Source: Acidobacteriota bacterium (lineage in GTDB: Bacteria > Acidobacteriota > CAIWXX01). From it: a DNA stretch of 64,000 nt. Below the pieces are notes generated by a model. The model was given only the letters and a program-made list of their open reading frames with translations, made no database searches and was not told the DNA's origin. Position 1 is the stretch's first letter. Every line of letters begins with the position of its first letter. This document shows, one piece after another, positions 18,849-29,900 of this stretch. A program made the position numbers and the translations under genes. The stretch spans positions 96,001 through 160,000 of the forward strand of contig JBFMAF010000020.1 in the NCBI GenBank assembly GCA_040755995.1. Direction: 5' to 3'.

Positions 18849-20183
18849 ATGAGAATCGTCCCCCGGACCCGGCTGCTCGTTTGGGTGGCCGTCGTTGCAG
18901 TCCCACTCGGCACGATGGTCTCCATCAGCCGGTCCACGGCGTCGATCACTGCGATTCTCCTGGCGTGCTTCGCGATCTTCGTTCTCAGCGACGCGTTCCG
19001 CTCCCTGGCCTCCCTCGATCGCGTCTCAGTGAGACTGCCTGCTGTGATCCGAATGACCAAGGATCGAGATGCTCGGATCCCAGTCGAGATCTCGAACGAA
19101 TCGCGAGGCGACCGCCCGGTCCGGATCGGGATGGCGCTCCCGGCGTCAATACAGACGCCGCTCGACGTGGCCAGCCTCCTGCTGCCTCGAGACCAACCTC
19201 TCTCTCGCGTCGACTGGCCCTGCCGCCCGCAGTCGCGCGGCAGTTTCGCCGTTGAAGGCTGCCACCTAGAGACCTGTTCGCCAGCCGGCTTCTGGTCCGT
19301 GTGCAAGAGGATCGCGTCGGCCTCCGAGATCCGCGTCTATCCGAACCTGTGGGAAGAGCGCAAGGAAGTCGGGTTTCTCTTCCTGAACCGCGGCACGATC
19401 GGCATCCACTCCCAGAGGCAGCTGGGCAAGGGCCGTGATTTCGAGAAGCTGCGTGACTACATACCAGGCGATCCTTCCGACGAGATCCATTGGAAGGCGA
19501 GTGCCAAGCGAGGGCGCCCTGTCACCAAGGTCTTCCAGGTCGAGAGGACTCAGGAGGTATACGTCGTCATAGACAGCTCGCGCCTGACGGCGCGGCGCTC
19601 GGGCGGAGCCTCCTCGCTCCCGGTGATCGAGCGGTTCCTGACGGCCGCGCTGGCGATGGCATTGGCCGCGCAGCGGCAAGGGGATCTCTTCGGGCTGCTC
19701 GCCTTCAGCGACCGCGTCGACAGGTTCGTGCGCGCACGAAGCGGGAAGGGGCATTTCCAGAGCTGCCGCGAAGCACTGTATACTCTGCGCACTCGCCCCG
19801 TCAGCCCTGATTTCGCGGAGATCATGACGTTTCTTCGCAACCGGCTCAGACGCCGGGCTCTGGTCATCTTCCTCACTGCACTTGATGATCCGCTGCTGGC
19901 TGAAACCTTCGTGCGGCAGGCCGACCTCATACGCAACGCGCATCTCGTGCTTGTGAGCATGGTACATCCGGCGAACGCAGTACCTCTGTTCTCCACCGCA
20001 GGCGTAGACTCTGTCTCGGATCTTCATGAACGGCTCGCATCGCACTATGCCTGGCACAAGCTCAAGGAGCTGGAGTTGACTCTGAGGCGGCGAGGGGTCT
20101 CGTTCATGCTCCTGGACCACGAGAAGATGTGCGCGCAATTGGTTTCGCAGTATCTCAACGTGAAGAAGCGCCAGTCGATCTAG
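18849..20183 (+). CDS. DUF58 domain (VWA-like) protein
   Basis: IRVYP, GRDFEKLRDYIPGD..IHWKASAKRG, VVIDSSR. Confidence 0.92.
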   Translation: MRIVPRTRLLVWVAVVAVPLGTMVSISRSTASITAILLACFAIFVLSDAFRSLASLDRVSVRLPAVIRMTKDRDARIPVEISNESRGDRPVRIGMALPASIQTPLDVASLLLPRDQPLSRVDWPCRPQSRGSFAVEGCHLETCSPAGFWSVCKRIASASEIRVYPNLWEERKEVGFLFLNRGTIGIHSQRQLGKGRDFEKLRDYIPGDPSDEIHWKASAKRGRPVTKVFQVERTQEVYVVIDSSRLTARRSGGASSLPVIERFLTAALAMALAAQRQGDLFGLLAFSDRVDRFVRARSGKGHFQSCREALYTLRTRPVSPDFAEIMTFLRNRLRRRALVIFLTALDDPLLAETFVRQADLIRNAHLVLVSMVHPANAVPLFSTAGVDSVSDLHERLASHYAWHKLKELELTLRRRGVSFMLLDHEKMCAQLVSQYLNVKKRQSI

Positions 20184-20184
20184 C

Positions 20185-21186
20185 ATGATCATCGACGTAG
20201 CGAAGTTCGTATCGGCGGAAAGGCTGTACTGGGTCAGGCTCGAGGGGCTCCTGGACAGGATCGAGAGCGATCCCGAGTCGCGCCTCGACATGGCTGGCAT
20301 CAAGGAGCTGCACTACCTGTACGAGCGCACTTCGGCCGATCTGGCCAGAGTATCCACATTCGCCTCGGAACGAGAGATTCGTGTGTATCTCGAGTCGCTC
20401 GTGGCGCGTGCTTACGCAGAGATGCAGGAGACGGGGCGAAGGGAATCCCGGATGCGACCCATCTCGTGGTTCTTCACTGCTGTCCCGCAAACGTTCAGGC
20501 GGCGCATCACCGCCTTCTGGCTCGCCGTTGCGGCTACCACTGCGGGCGCAACGCTGGGGATTCTCGTCACAGTGCTCGACCCGGCTTCGAAGGGCGCGCT
20601 CATCCCGTTCGAACACCTTCGCATCAGCCCGCAGGAACGTGTTGCTGAGGAGGAAACCGGTGATGAGGACCGGCTTGCCGGCCACAAGGCGTCCTTTGCC
20701 ACAGCCTTGATGACGCACAACGCCAGAGTAGCCGTCCTGACGCTGGCTCTCGGCGTCACGTGGGGTCTCGGCACCATCGTGGTGCTCTTCTACAACGGAG
20801 CCGTTCTCGGTGCAGTGGGAATGGACTACATCATGGGAGGCCAGAGAGAATTCCTGCTGGGTTGGCTGCTGCCACATGGCGTAGTGGAGATCCCGGCGGT
20901 GCTGATCGCGGGGCAGGCAGGGTTCGTACTGGCGCGAGCACTTGTGGGCTACGGCGATCGTACTCCAATCAGAGCGAGGCTGCGCCTGGCCGCGCCGGAC
21001 ATCGTCACGCTGATCATCACCGTTGCGGTCCTTCTCGTGTGGGCGGGTTTCGTCGAGGCGTACGTTTCGCAGCACCACCAGCCCGCTCTGCCGTACGCGC
21101 TCAAGATCGGCTTCGGCCTGGTCGAGCTTGCAGTGCTGGTCTCCTTTCTTGCGTTCGCCGGCCGGCGCTCAGGAGAGGCTGCATAG
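20185..21186 (+). CDS. Stage II sporulation protein M (SpoIIM/DUF95)-family membrane protein
   Basis: LYERTSADLA..YLESLVARAY, THNARVA, LLPHGVVEIPA, AGFVEAYVS. Confidence 0.88.
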   Translation: MIIDVAKFVSAERLYWVRLEGLLDRIESDPESRLDMAGIKELHYLYERTSADLARVSTFASEREIRVYLESLVARAYAEMQETGRRESRMRPISWFFTAVPQTFRRRITAFWLAVAATTAGATLGILVTVLDPASKGALIPFEHLRISPQERVAEEETGDEDRLAGHKASFATALMTHNARVAVLTLALGVTWGLGTIVVLFYNGAVLGAVGMDYIMGGQREFLLGWLLPHGVVEIPAVLIAGQAGFVLARALVGYGDRTPIRARLRLAAPDIVTLIITVAVLLVWAGFVEAYVSQHHQPALPYALKIGFGLVELAVLVSFLAFAGRRSGEAA

Positions 21187-21198
21187 CAGGAGCCGTCG

Positions 21199-22002
21199 AT
21201 GCCTGGAGGAAAGACTCTCACGATCACGACCCCGGAAGGCATCAGCTTCTCCATGCCGCTGGCCGGGCCGATCTCGCGTTTTCTCGCCTGGTGCATAGAC
21301 TGCGCATGCGTCGTGCTCCTGGGAACCGCGGTTGGGGTTCTGGTCTCGCTGCTGTCGATTGTGAGCGGCGACGTTGCGCAAGCTCTTGGAGTGATCGGCT
21401 ACTTCGTGCTCTCGATCGGATATCGCATCTTCCTGGAGTGGAAATGGCGCGGACGCACTCTGGGCAAACGCCTGTTGCGCCTGCGAGTGATCGATGTGCA
21501 GGGCATGCCTCTGCAGCTCAACCAGGTGATCATCCGAAATCTCCTCCGTGCAGTCGACTCGCTGCCTCTGTTCTACGTGGTCGGCGGCGTGGCGTGCCTC
21601 CTGAGCGCCCGATCTCAGCGGCTGGGAGACCTGGCGGCGAATTCAGCCGTGATCCGCCAGCCTCGCGCCCGCGAACCGGATCTGCGCCAGGTGTTGCCGG
21701 GCAAGTTCAATTCGCTGCGGGATTACCCGCACCTCTGCGCGCGGCTGCGCCACCGCGCGACGCCGCAGGAAGCCGGCCTGGCGCTGCGCGCTCTGCTTCG
21801 CCGGGAAACGCTCGACCCTGAGGCCCGCATCGAGCTCTTCGCCGGCCTCGCAACGCACTTCCGCGCGCTGGTGCAATTCCCCGCCGAGACGACCGAAGGC
21901 GTCACCGACGAACAGTATCTCCGCAACATCGTCGACGTGCTTTGTCGAGGCTCCGAGGCTCGTGAAGATCGACCGGACGGTCCCGATGGGATTGTGGCTT
22001 GA
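21199..22002 (+). CDS. RDD family protein
   Basis: ITTPEGI..LAGPISRFLAWCID, GRTLGKR, IRNLLRAVD, QRLGDLAANSAV. Confidence 0.9.
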   Translation: MPGGKTLTITTPEGISFSMPLAGPISRFLAWCIDCACVVLLGTAVGVLVSLLSIVSGDVAQALGVIGYFVLSIGYRIFLEWKWRGRTLGKRLLRLRVIDVQGMPLQLNQVIIRNLLRAVDSLPLFYVVGGVACLLSARSQRLGDLAANSAVIRQPRAREPDLRQVLPGKFNSLRDYPHLCARLRHRATPQEAGLALRALLRRETLDPEARIELFAGLATHFRALVQFPAETTEGVTDEQYLRNIVDVLCRGSEAREDRPDGPDGIVA

Positions 22003-22038
22003 TGGCCGAGGCGCGGTCCTGTACAATGTTCCTGTACA
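21999..22038 (+). promoter_or_regulatory. yefM-yoeB promoter with tandem TGTACA operator
   Basis: TTGATG 21999-22004, 17 nt, TACAAT 22022-22027; TGTACA at 22020-22025 and 22033-22038, the core hexamer of the E. coli yefM operator. Confidence 0.8.
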
Positions 22039-22059
22039 TATGAACTATGGGGAGATGCC

Positions 22060-22338
22060 ATGAGCACGGAAACGACGTACACTCAAGCACGGGCCGCCTT
22101 CGCATCGCTGTGCGACCAGGCCGCATCGTCCAGAGAACCGGTCATCATCCATCGGCGAGGCGCGGATGATGTGGCGCTCATTTCCGCTGATGAGCTTCGC
22201 GGCATTCTCGAGACCGCCCACTTGCTCCGGTCGCCCCGCAATGCCGCGCGGTTGCTCAGAGCGTTGTCACGGGCGCGAGGGAGGCGCGGACGGCCCCAGT
22301 CTGTGGAGTCTCTGCGGCGTGAATTCGGCCTGGACTGA
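22060..22338 (+). CDS. yefM: Type II antitoxin, Phd/YefM family
   Basis: TYTQARAAFASLCD..EPVIIHRRG..LETAHLLRSPRNAARL. Confidence 0.93.
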   Translation: MSTETTYTQARAAFASLCDQAASSREPVIIHRRGADDVALISADELRGILETAHLLRSPRNAARLLRALSRARGRRGRPQSVESLRREFGLD

Positions 22339-22341
22339 GCC

Positions 22342-22614
22342 ATGCCGGCGTCCCACCGGCGGAGTGCCGTTTTTGAGCCCGAGTTCCGCGAGGATCTGAG
22401 GTTCTGGGTCGAGACCGACCGCAGGGCTGCCCTCCGAGTGCTCAGCCTGGTCGAGTCTGCCTTGCGGGATCCATTCGCTGGAATTGGCAAGCCTGGAGCG
22501 CTCAGGTACTTGGGCCCGGGTGTGTGGTCACGCCGGCTGACCGAAGAGCACAGAGTGGTCTACCTGGTGGAGAGCGATCGAATCAAGTTCCTTCAAGCGC
22601 GTTATCACTACTGA
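22342..22614 (+). CDS. yoeB: Type II toxin, Txe/YoeB family mRNase
   Basis: EDLRFW..DPFAGIGKP..WSRRLTEEHRVVY..ARYHY C-terminus. Confidence 0.93.
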   Translation: MPASHRRSAVFEPEFREDLRFWVETDRRAALRVLSLVESALRDPFAGIGKPGALRYLGPGVWSRRLTEEHRVVYLVESDRIKFLQARYHY

Positions 22615-22707
22615 CCAGCGCTCCTCACGCGGGATGGATTGCGGCCGCCATCCTGCGCGGGCAAGAAGTCTTCAGGGGCATCGACGCAACGGGAAAGGCG
22701 GAATCTG

Positions 22708-23772
22708 TCACGCCCGCCCGTAATGCATTGTGAACAGGTCCAGGTAGTCCTCGGCAAGGGTTGTTATGTCGCACAGGCATGTGAATTCAGGGCCGAGTCC
22801 GTGGCGGAACAGGTCATGCCACTGCCAGCGCAGGGCGTGATAATCGGTACGCTTGCCGCGGGGCAGCGACAGCATGCTGACCGCCTCCGCCATCAGAAAA
22901 TTGTCGACCGCTGCGATGGCGAGCTCCACGGGCGCATCGTGGCTGAAGACCCAGTCGATCACCCGGCCGTAGAGCTGGTAGACCGAGAGGGCCAACTCGG
23001 GTGTATCAAGCTCGGGCAAGTCATTGTTGCTGTCCAGCTCGAACAGGACGAAGTGGTCAACCCAGGGAGAGAGCTTGCGAAGGTTGAAGAGCTTGGTCTC
23101 GTACGGCACGTGGTGAAAGGCGAACGAGCTGACCGCCAGGTCATAGCGCTCGTTCAACTCCAGGCTGAACTCCTGGACAGAGCTCTTGACGCCGCGGATG
23201 GCGGACGGCGGAAACACCTCCCCCACTGTCCGCACGGCAAGCTCGACCATTGCCGGCGAGGGATCGACGAGGAGGATCTGGCCGATCTCCGAAGCCTTGC
23301 CGATCTGCTGCAGCCTCTGTACCAGGTCTGCCGTGAGCGCGCCGTTCCCGCAGCCTATGTCCATGATCCGTACCCCGGCAGGGAACCTTGGCAGCGAGTC
23401 GCACGCCTGCCGCACAAACTCCTCACGGCTCCTCTTCAGCACAGGAACGCTTGCGAAATGCATGAACGGCCGCGGGTCGACAAAGGGCTGCTCCGGCATG
23501 AGGAATCTGCCCTTCTGACGCTCCAGGAAGCTGTTTACGAATCCGTTGAAGAAAAGCCCCTCTTCCTCTTCGACCACGCCTTCTTGAAACCATTTCCTCC
23601 CGAGCGCCGTGAGCCCGTGCGACATGAGCAAGCCGCCGGCGTAACACCGGAAGCAAGGTATCAGCTTCTCCCGTATCCTTCCCCGCAGGGGAAAAGGGGT
23701 CATTTGCCTGGCCACAACCTCCCTGCCGATCTCCCTCCAACATGCGCTCTCACTGCGTGTAAGAAAAAGCAT
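22708..23772 (-). CDS. Class I SAM-dependent methyltransferase
   Basis: IMDIGCGNG, LVDPSPAM, SSFAFHH; RBS GAAGGAG. Confidence 0.85.
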   Translation of the reverse strand: MLFLTRSESACWREIGREVVARQMTPFPLRGRIREKLIPCFRCYAGGLLMSHGLTALGRKWFQEGVVEEEEGLFFNGFVNSFLERQKGRFLMPEQPFVDPRPFMHFASVPVLKRSREEFVRQACDSLPRFPAGVRIMDIGCGNGALTADLVQRLQQIGKASEIGQILLVDPSPAMVELAVRTVGEVFPPSAIRGVKSSVQEFSLELNERYDLAVSSFAFHHVPYETKLFNLRKLSPWVDHFVLFELDSNNDLPELDTPELALSVYQLYGRVIDWVFSHDAPVELAIAAVDNFLMAEAVSMLSLPRGKRTDYHALRWQWHDLFRHGLGPEFTCLCDITTLAEDYLDLFTMHYGRA

Positions 23773-23845
23773 TGGTTCACTCCTTCAGAAATCCAGCTTG
23801 AACGAAGGGCTGCACAGGCCGGCTCTGCCAACGTGTGTTCGGCAT

Positions 23846-23940
23846 GTTCTTGTGCCGCCCCTCCGGGGCTGCCTCATCCTCCATCCATGTTAACCCATGG
23901 CTGACGCCCTGGGCTACCGTTTTTTCGCCCCTTCGGGGCT
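23846..23940. repeat. 95-bp REP/BIME-like palindromic element, copy 1
   Basis: GTTCTTGTGCCGCCCCTCCGGGGCT..TAACCCATGGCTGACGCCCTGGGCTACCGTTTTTTCGCCCCTTCGGGGCT; co-linear with 62583-62677. Confidence 0.8.
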
Positions 23941-23981
23941 TCGGCCATGGTTCGCTTGAGGGGAAGCCCGTCTCCGCAACT

Positions 23982-26900
23982 CTAGAACGCCTGGCCGAGC
24001 GTGAAGTACCAGCGGCCGCGCAGGCCTGTGGAGCCTTCCCCGATGGGGTGGCCGTAGTCCAGCCGGAACAGCCCGAACGGCGTGCGATAGCGAAGGCCGA
24101 GGCCGGTGCTCAGGCGCGAGATCGTCTGCGCCCTGTCGTCGAGAGTCGATCTGAGCCGCCCGTAGTCCAGAAACGCCGCCCCTCTGAGCGACCTCCACAG
24201 CGGCACTCTGAGCTCCTCGTTCAGAATCAGCAGGCCGCTGCGGCCTCCGAGCAGATCGACGACGTCGCGGATGTCGAGCCAGTCGTCGGGGTACCCTCGT
24301 ACCGTGTTCGCCCCGCCGGTCGGGAGCCGGTCGGTGGCCAAGAGCGCCTCGCCCGCGCCAGCAGAGTTCTCGTATCTCGCAGCGAGCGCCAGCACAGTCT
24401 TGCGATAGAGCGGCAAATAGGCGAACTGCTGGATCAGGATTTTTTGGAGATCCACCTGGGAGCCGATCGCAGGCGCCGCATATTCTACGCCTGTAGAATG
24501 GAACCAACCTCGCATCGGATCCATGAAGTCATCGCGCCGGTCGAGCGCGAGGGTAGCCGTGATCCGCGCCAGCCTTGCATCGAAATCGAACCTGCGCCCT
24601 TCGATCGGCTGCGCGCTCTGCAGGTCCAGCCACTGAATTTCGTACGCGTATGCGACCTCGGCAAGCGATCCGATCCGCGCCCGCTGTTCGAACGTCAACC
24701 CCGTCTCGGTGTCCAAGAACTCCTTGGCGTCGTACCAGATGTGCTCGCGCGAGAGCGTCAGGTAGAGGCTCGAACGAATCGGCAGGCCGAATGCGCGTGG
24801 AATAGAGGCGTAGGCGCGGGCGCTCTCGTACTCCTTGCTGTATCTCAGCGACAGCCCGCCTGCGAAAGGGCGGCCGGCGAGCGCGCGGCGCGTGATATCG
24901 ACAACACCGCCCAGCCCCCTGGCATGCACTACCTCGTCGGCCAGCGGCTGCGGCTGGTCGAGGAGCTGCAGGCCGTACCTGAGCCTCCAGGGCGCCCACT
25001 CTTCCACCAGCAGCCGCAGCCGCACCGGCTCGGCAGCGGCGTCCGGAGTCACGGCCAGCGGCTCTATCTGAAAATCGACCCTGCGGAACGCACCGGTGTC
25101 GACAATCTTCTTCTGCGCGCGCTCCAATTGCGCGGGCGCAACCGGCTTGCCGGTCTCGAGACTGGTCGCCGGAGACACCGCTCGGGGCGAGATGCGACGG
25201 AGCCCGTCGACCACGACCTCTTTCAGTATCTGCTGCCGCCCTTCCTTCACGACAAGATCCACTTCGGCTGCGTCGCCATCCGGCGCGCGACGAACATTCA
25301 CGTCCACATCGACTGCGGCGAAGCCGAGGTTGTGGTAGAGCTGGAGGATGCGGCGGTAGGCGTCGAGGAGGGTCACTATCCGCAGCGGCTGGCCCGGGGA
25401 GAGCCCGGCGGCCTGGCGCACCCGATCCTCCGATATGCTGCGAGTCCCCTGCACGCGGACTACTGAGATCACAAACTGCGGCCCCTCCTTTATGTGCACA
25501 GGCAGCTCTGCCCGTTGCCCGAAGAACCGCGGCGGGCCCACGTCGAACTCCGCCGAGATCATCCCTTCGCTCCTGTACAGCGCAAGCAGCGCATGCGCGA
25601 GCGACGTCGGGTCCGCCCAGGCGTTGCTCTTGACCTCCGGACGGCTGGCAACCTCCACCAGGCGTCTTTCGTCGATCCTCACGTTCCCTTCAAACACGAT
25701 CTTCTTCGAGTCGCTCCGAGGCCCGGGGTCGACCGTTACGTACAGCGTCTTCTTGTCGCCATCCGCGGACTTGACGGCCTTGGCGGATACACGTGCGCGC
25801 ACGAAGCCTCGCGAGCTCAGGTCCACAAGCACGCGGCGCGCCGATTCCTCCTCCAGGAACCGAGATGATTCCGATGTTTGCCAGACCTGGCGTATCTCGC
25901 GGAGCCAGAGCTCCTCGGCCGCGCGCCCCGTGACGACGATCTCGGTTCGTGGACCGCGACGCACGCTGTAGTCCAGCCGCACGAGGTCGCCTTCGTGGGG
26001 CTCGGAACGGAACGGGGGATCGCGCCGCGCGCCCACGCGGCTCTCCAGGAACCCCGCCTTGGCGAGGGCCGCCTGCAGGCGGTCCCTGTCCTCGCGCCAT
26101 TTGTAATAGTCGAAGCGGGCCCCGACGGACAATCGCAGAGCTCGCCGTAGATCGGACGGCAAAGGATCGCCGCTGAAGCTGATGCTCTGGATCCTCTCGG
26201 CGGGGACCTTCCTGGTCAGCGGGCGGTGGGCCGTGGCAGGTCGCCCCGAGCCTCCTCCGAACGACAGGTCGTGGCGGAACTCGATGAAGCGGGTGTCATC
26301 GTCCTGCTTCACCGCTCGCAGCTCCACCTGTCTGAGTGGGGTGTAGTCGATGACCCAGGTCAGCCCACCGGCGTTTTGGAGACTCTGCGAGAAGGTGACA
26401 GTCACATTAGGGCCGACAGCTTTCGACGCGGTGATGCGGGACGTCGGGTTCGTCTCCGAGGCGATGTTCATCGGGTCAAAGGTAGGATCGACGCTGGGGT
26501 CACCTCGTTGGATTCTGAGGCCCGACAGGTTCAGAGCTCGTCCTGCACTTCCCAGAAGCCCCGCCGACAAGATGTCCGCCACCGATCCGCCCTTGGCGAG
26601 GTCCACCGACCCGCCCGCCCCAGTCTTCTGACCCGTGAGAAGCAGCGAGAGGATCTCGTTCTCGGGCAGGTCCGGTTCCGAGACCAGATGCGTCTTCACC
26701 TTCTGCAGATCGCCGGTGAGGCTGACCATGACGAAATACCCGGCGACCTTCGTGGTCGCCGATGCGGTGAGTCTGCTCTCGCTGCTGATTGCACTCGGGA
26801 ATTCCAGAGTCGCGCTCTCGACGAGGTAGGTCGTGCCGCCGAAGTAGACCTCGCTGCCTGGGCTGAGGAACACCCGGCCCTGCATCCCTGGCATCCCGAC

Positions 26901-29900
26901 ATCACCCGTCAAGCGGAAGTCGAAGCCGCCTCCCACGCGCCCGTAGTTGCTGTCGACACGCAGATCCTCTTTCGTGCGCAGGCGCAGGTCGAGCGCGACA
27001 TTGTCGATCGGCGAACGTGTTGCGAGGGCGAGAGGATCGGGTTGGCCATACGACAGGTGCAGCCCCGCAACGGGCGAGGCTCCTCGGAAGTCGCCTCGCA
27101 GCACCTCGATCTCCCCCGAGACAACCGGCCGTCCCGCCTTCATTGTCAGGGCCAGATCGGCATTCAGCTCGGTCCGCCAGCCGCGCGGCCAGTCCAGGCC
27201 CGCGTTTCGCACGGTGCATGCGAGCCGAGATCCGGCGTCCGCCGGTCGGAGGAGCCCGATCTGTCCGGTGATGTCGAGCGTCCCTCCGTTGACCATGCCC
27301 TTGACGCCGACCGCCTCGAGGCCGCCACTGCTCAAACGGAGCGTGCCGGAGAGGCCGTCGACAAAGACGCGCGCCTGGCGGACCCACGCCTCGCAGTCGT
27401 AGAGGTTGATCTCCCCTTCGGGGACCGGATGCGCCAGCGGCCCGTGGAGCCGGATCTGCAGCTCGGTCCTGCCTCCAAGCTCCACACCCGGCACCGATGC
27501 CGAAAGCACCTGCAGCCTGGTTTCGCCTGCAGCCTGCAAGTCCAGCCGGCTCTGTCCGATGGTCTCGCCCAGCTCCAGCCCTCCACTGAGCGTCAAGCTG
27601 ATCCCCTCCCCGGTCCACGTCCACGGATGCAGAGTCATCCGGCCGGCTTCCAGGTCCACGGCAGCGGGCCCGTCCGTACGCAGAGGGATACCGGAGGCAG
27701 ACGCGTCGGAGACCCGCAGTCCAAGATGACCTCGAGCGCGGCGCAGGTCGAGCGACGGCGACTGCAGAGTGATATCCGCGCTGGCCGTCCAGCCGACATT
27801 CCCCGGAGGCCTGACGTTGACCGGCAGCGAATCGGCCCTGAAATTCGCAACATGCGCAGTCAGCCTGATCGCTTCCGATGTACCCTCACCGGCGGCCCAT
27901 CGCTGTGAGAGGACCGCAAGCGGCAGATTGCCCTCAGCAACGATCGATGCGCCACGCCAGTTCGCGATGAGGTGCTCGACGGCCAGAGCACTGCCATCCA
28001 GACAGGCGCGTGCATCGAGCCCATCCAGCTTGCCGAGCCTGGGTATCTCCAGGGAGCCTGCTTCGACTGAGATTTCGCCGGCGACCTGGGGATGCAGACG
28101 ATCACCGGCGACTCGCACTTGTGCATTGAGCATCCCTTGCCCCGCGACGGGCGAGGGCTTCCCAAGGAGCTCCAGAAACGGGACCACGTCGCCGATCTCA
28201 CCGGCGAGGGAGACATCGAGTGGCGCGGCGGCGCCAACGCCCAGACCGCCAACGGCGGCGACCTTGCTGGCGCCTGCCAGAAGCTCCACGTCAGCCTCGA
28301 TCGCGTCCGGCCCGATCGCAACGCGTCCGGGCCGCTCCGTTCTGATCGAGACACCACCGGCTCGGGCGTCGAGATGCCTCAGTGAGAGATCGAGCCGGCC
28401 GAGGCGCCACGGCGAAAGCGTGCCGTTGAGCCTGCCATCGAACGACACGGCGCCGGCCAACGGTGTGCTCGCCATCGTGCTCTCGAGCGCCGCCAAATCG
28501 AACCCCTCGGCCGACGCCTGCACCTCGAACATGTGCGCTCCGTCGAGGCTCGTCCAACCTCTCACGGCGCCTCCCGCCGATTCGACAAACAGCCAGTCAT
28601 CCCGCAGATCCAGCAACAGGCTGGCACCCCCGAGCGGCCGATCGGCCCAATACGCGTCTTCGATCCGCAGCTCGCCGCTCGCGCGTGGCCCGTCGGGCAG
28701 ACCTTCGGCTCGAGCCCGGAAGTCGAGGCGCGCGCGCAACGGCAGGCCGCGTTGGCCGGCGTAGGCAGCTGGCACACGATCGACCCTCAGATTCTGGCCG
28801 GACGCCTCGAGTGAGAACTCCGTCGGACCCGCGTAGCGGCCGTTGAGCTCGACGTGACCGTCAGCCTGGTCGGCAGTCAACCGGGCGGTCGCCGCGCCGC
28901 GCTCGTATGTGAGCTCCCCGGCGACGTGATCGAACGATTGTCCTGCGACGCACAACGGCGCCGCATCGATCTCAACCACTGCCCGCGGGCTTTTGACTGT
29001 CCCGGAGATGCTGCCCGATGCATGAACGCTTCCACCCGGATTCCACGGGATGCCGAGCGGCACTTCCGAAAGATCGGCGCAGTCAGCCTTCACATCAACC
29101 GTCATCGTTCCGTCCGGGAGCGAGATCGTACCGCGCCCACCGCTCACGATTCCGCCAGCCGTCAGCTCCACCGAGTCGATATCTACCTTTGTTCGTTCCG
29201 CCCTGACGTGCGCGGACAGTCGCGCCGCGGGCAGGAATTCCGCCGAAGCTGAGCGCAGCCCATCGATGGCCACGCGCGCGTCGAGTTTCGGCTGTTCGAA
29301 CGTTCCAGCGACCTCCGCGCGGACGCTCCCCGTCCCGGACGGCATCCACGGGACGCGGCGCTTCGGCGCGAGCAGAGTCGTCACCAGGCTCACCGCGGAC
29401 TCGACCGAGATTCCTTGGCCCGTTACGGAGCCGCCGACCGCCGTCCCGGGATCCCCGTGCAGCGACGCATCCCAGCGGCCGAGACGCCCGAGCGAGTGCG
29501 AAGCGTCGAGCGACCAGCTCCGATCGGCCTCCATCTCGAACACGGTCCGGCCGGAGATGCCGGGGCGGCCCGCGGGCGGGGCGATCGAGTTCACCAACCT
29601 CAACCTGCAGCGCTCAAACCGGGCTCCCGCCCAATCGAAGGTCGCCTTGCCCTGCAGGATTCCTTCCGGGACGCTTTCCGGCGGCGTGGCAGGCAGCAGC
29701 TCATGCAACAGGGCCGATGCACCGGCACTGTGCCATTCAAGCTTCAGGCTGTTGGAGGCCGCCTCGCCGACATCGAGCCGGGCAGTACCGCGGATCTCGC
29801 CGTTCGCGACGCGGGCGCTGAGGACGGGCACGTCGAGGACTCCGCGTTCCAGCTTGGCGCCGACAGCCAGATCGCCAATTCGGAGCCGGCCGCAGAGGGT

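Noticed and set aside
20185..21186. Evidence for sporulation from SpoIIM
   Set aside because: The SpoIIM/DUF95 family is widespread in non-sporulating bacteria within MoxR clusters, and no other sporulation genes are present.
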